Below, piece after piece: positions 61,380 through 64,000 of a DNA stretch of 64,000 bases (position 1 is its first letter; each line of letters opens with the position of its first letter). A program made the position numbers and the translations under genes. The DNA lies in the NCBI GenBank assembly GCA_030390025.1, contig CM059432.1, forward strand, positions 117,430,001-117,494,000, given 5' to 3'. Source of the stretch: Squalus acanthias. Taxonomy: Eukaryota. Under the pieces are notes generated by a model. It was given only the letters and a program-made list of their open reading frames with translations, made no database searches and was not told where the DNA came from.

Positions 61380-64000
61380 GGGGGAAATATTTAGTTGGTT
61401 TGCGCCTCCCGTTAGCGCCTTAAGAGGGCGCTAATGGGGGGCAAAGCAACTAGCGCCGGGCGCGGCGATATCTGCGCCTCTCGCGAAATTGATCGGACAT
61501 TTTGTGGCGGCGCTAAACAATACCACTCCGATCTCCTGCGCACGCAGATCTTGACGTAATTCGAGCGTGCAACGCCCTTGGGGTGCCCCAGAACGGAAAT
61601 TGAGTGGCGCCCCCCTCCTTTTCGCCTGGCGCAACCAACGACAGGTAGACTGGAACGCTTCCCAGTCGCTGTGGGGCTGGGGGGGGCGCTATTTAAATGG
61701 GGCCTCTTCCTGGCTTTCTCTGTGGTAGACATTTTTGTACCACTCATTCTGAGAGAGAGAGAGAGATTTTGAGAGAGAGAAAGAGAGACTTCTGCATTGA
61801 GTCAATGCTGTGTGAAGTAGTTTTGGCTACTGAGCATAAATTTGCAGGTACTTTGGTTTTTGACCTTCATTACTTTGATTGGCAAGAGACTATGGGGGCT
61901 GCACTAATTGGGGGCGTCGTCCTGCACCAGCAGAATCGGAGGCCACAGAGACGCAGAGAGAGAGTGGCAATCATGGCCAGACAGAGGAGGGCCAACAGGC
62001 CTCTGTACAGGAGACCTTACCCTCCCAGGGTATTTCGCCAACAATTCTCATACATTAATATGTCTGAGGAGCAGTGTTTGCGCAGGCTGCGCTTCAGCAA
62101 GGAGGTGGTCACTGAGCTCTGCCACCTGCTGCAGCCAGATCTGCAGCCTCAACTGAGGAGCAGGACATCTCTGTCGGTGGCAGTGAAGATAACAGTGGCT
62201 CTGAAATTTTATGCCACCAGCTCATGTCAGTCAGCTACTGGGGACATCGCCAATATCTCCCAGTTCGCGATCCATTGCTGCATCCGTCAGGTCACAAATG
62301 CTCTCTATAAAAGGAGACGAGAGTAGATCTCTTTCCACATGACCCCGGCCAAGCAGCATGAACGCGCTATGGGCTTTGCGAGGATAGCGGGCTTCCCCAT
62401 GGTACAGGGTGCCATTGACTGCACGCATGTGGCTTTGCGTGCTCCGCATGAGAATGCAGAGGATTTCCGCAACCGAAAGGGGTTCCACTCCTTAAACGTG
62501 CTGTTGGTCTGTGACCACAGACAGCTGATACTCACTGTCAATGCCTGCTATCCTGGCAGCAGTCACGATGCATTCATCCTGCGCCAGACTACTGTGGCAG
62601 AACTTTTCCAGGCACCGCATCACCCAGGTGGTTGGCTTCTCGGGGACAAGGGATATCCACTGTGCACCTGGCTGATGACACCACTCCGTACGCCCAACAC
62701 CCCTGCTGAGCTGCGGTACAACGAGAGCCATCAAGCTACCAGGAACATCGTTGAGCACACAATCGGCGTGCTCAAGCAATGGTTCCGCTGTCTGGACCAT
62801 TCTGGAGGAGCCCTGCAGTACTCACCTGAGCGAGTTTCCCACTTCGTTGTTGTGTGCTGCATGCTGCATAACCTGGCAATCGTCAGGACCCAGCCAATGC
62901 CACCAGGCCTTGGAGCACCACCAGAGGAGGAGGAGGAAGAGGAGGAGGAAGAGGAGGAGGATGATCATCAGCAGCACCAAGGCGGGAGGGAGGCCCACAA
63001 TGTAGAAACTGGAAGGGCCGTCCGTCAACGGCTGATAGCAAGCCGCTTCTAGGCCCCTGCTGAGGAAATGGCTTCTGCCATTGAGAAGAACATGAATGAA
63101 ACCAACCCGCCACCCCTAAGCCGGCCAAGGCAGCAATGATTGCAAAGACCAAACATGTACATTTTGAATACAAAAACTTATCTTTTTTACAAACTCTGTG
63201 TGTGTCATTTCCTCATGAAAAACTAATAGAAATAAACACAAAAAAACAGTCATTAACATATCTGGTTCTCACAACCTGGAGATAATGTCCAAAACACTAA
63301 ACAAAAGTTTGACCAGGAGCCTCAGCCTTTAATAAAAAAATGACCAACATTTTGTCACACCTCCTACTTTTTGCCCTTTGAGGGTGATCTCCTTCCCTTG
63401 CGCACTTCCCCGCTTCCCACCCTACTGCTCCTCCATAATGGGACCCCAGTGGCTGCAGCAAGGCTGCTGGAAGGCTGCTGATTGTCAGAACCTGAGACTG
63501 CAGATGCCCTTGAAGGACGGCCTCGACCAGCTCTGGGCCTGGAGGGCCCGGCTGCAGACTGCACCAACTCTGCATGGGCGGCAGCAGTCTGGGCTACAGG
63601 CGGTGGCAAATGCAATGGGGCAGTGACAGTGGTGGCAGCAGGAATGCTGTCATCTTGAGAGAGGACAGCAACTCCCTGCTCGACCGACACACTGGCACTC
63701 CCACGGAGCAGCACATCAGCATCTGGAGTGATCTGCTGGAGCACAGATTGCTGGCCTGCTGCGGCGCGGTGAGAGCCCCGGGGAAATGTGTCCGAACCAG
63801 CGAGGATGGCAGCAGTCACTGCTCGTGTGGCCTCAATCTGAGTCTGCATGAGAGCAGTCAGAGATGGGGTCACGGCAGCTAGTGACTGAATTGCAGCACT
63901 AAACATTTGCGTGGCATTCGCCTATGCTACAGCGAAGTGCTCCACTCTCCTTGCCAGTGATTCAATGCATTCGGGCACCCTTCCCACTGCACCCATGAGC
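61380..64000 (+). mobile_element. Harbinger H5, runs out of the window
   Basis: TIR GGGGGAAATATTTAGT preceded by ATA; transposase plus the last exon of the Myb gene (63364 onward, minus strand). Confidence 0.9.
61892..63052 (+). pseudogene. Harbinger DDE transposase with a single in-frame TAG (62324-62326)
   Basis: ORFs 61697-62326 and 62339-63052 share one frame; GAIDCTH, GSSHD, LGDKGY, RNIVE motifs intact. Confidence 0.93.

Overview
Repeat-saturated vertebrate DNA, most likely from a cartilaginous fish (Deu-domain SINEs resembling SacSINE1, HE1-like V-SINEs, many CR1 and L2 LINEs). I found no intact cellular gene. Main contents: (1) A decayed, internally deleted retrovirus-like LTR element on the minus strand (about 5500-13920). 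It has a ~1.5 kb LTR, a PBS overlapping the gag ATG, a Gag with coiled coil, CCHC knuckle and PSAP motif, an in-frame TGA-CTAG gag/pro junction, RNase H and integrase remnants, and a spliced env-position ORF with a signal peptide and an Ig-like domain. Three further related long LTRs share an identical splice donor upstream of the poly(A) signal. (2) A perfect, spacer-less 1382-bp palindrome (17205-18586) made of the 3' end of a Penelope-like element (GIY-YIG C-terminus plus minimal hammerhead ribozyme), inserted with a 12-bp TSD into a Harbinger transposase. (3) Five PIF/Harbinger copies or remnants (transposase plus convergent 3-exon Myb/SANT gene) and several MITEs. (4) Deeply nested CR1, L2 and SINE insertions. 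(5) Several stop-containing exon-like segments on the plus strand that may be a fossil multi-exon host gene (low confidence). All family assignments come from motif recognition by eye; no database searches were run.
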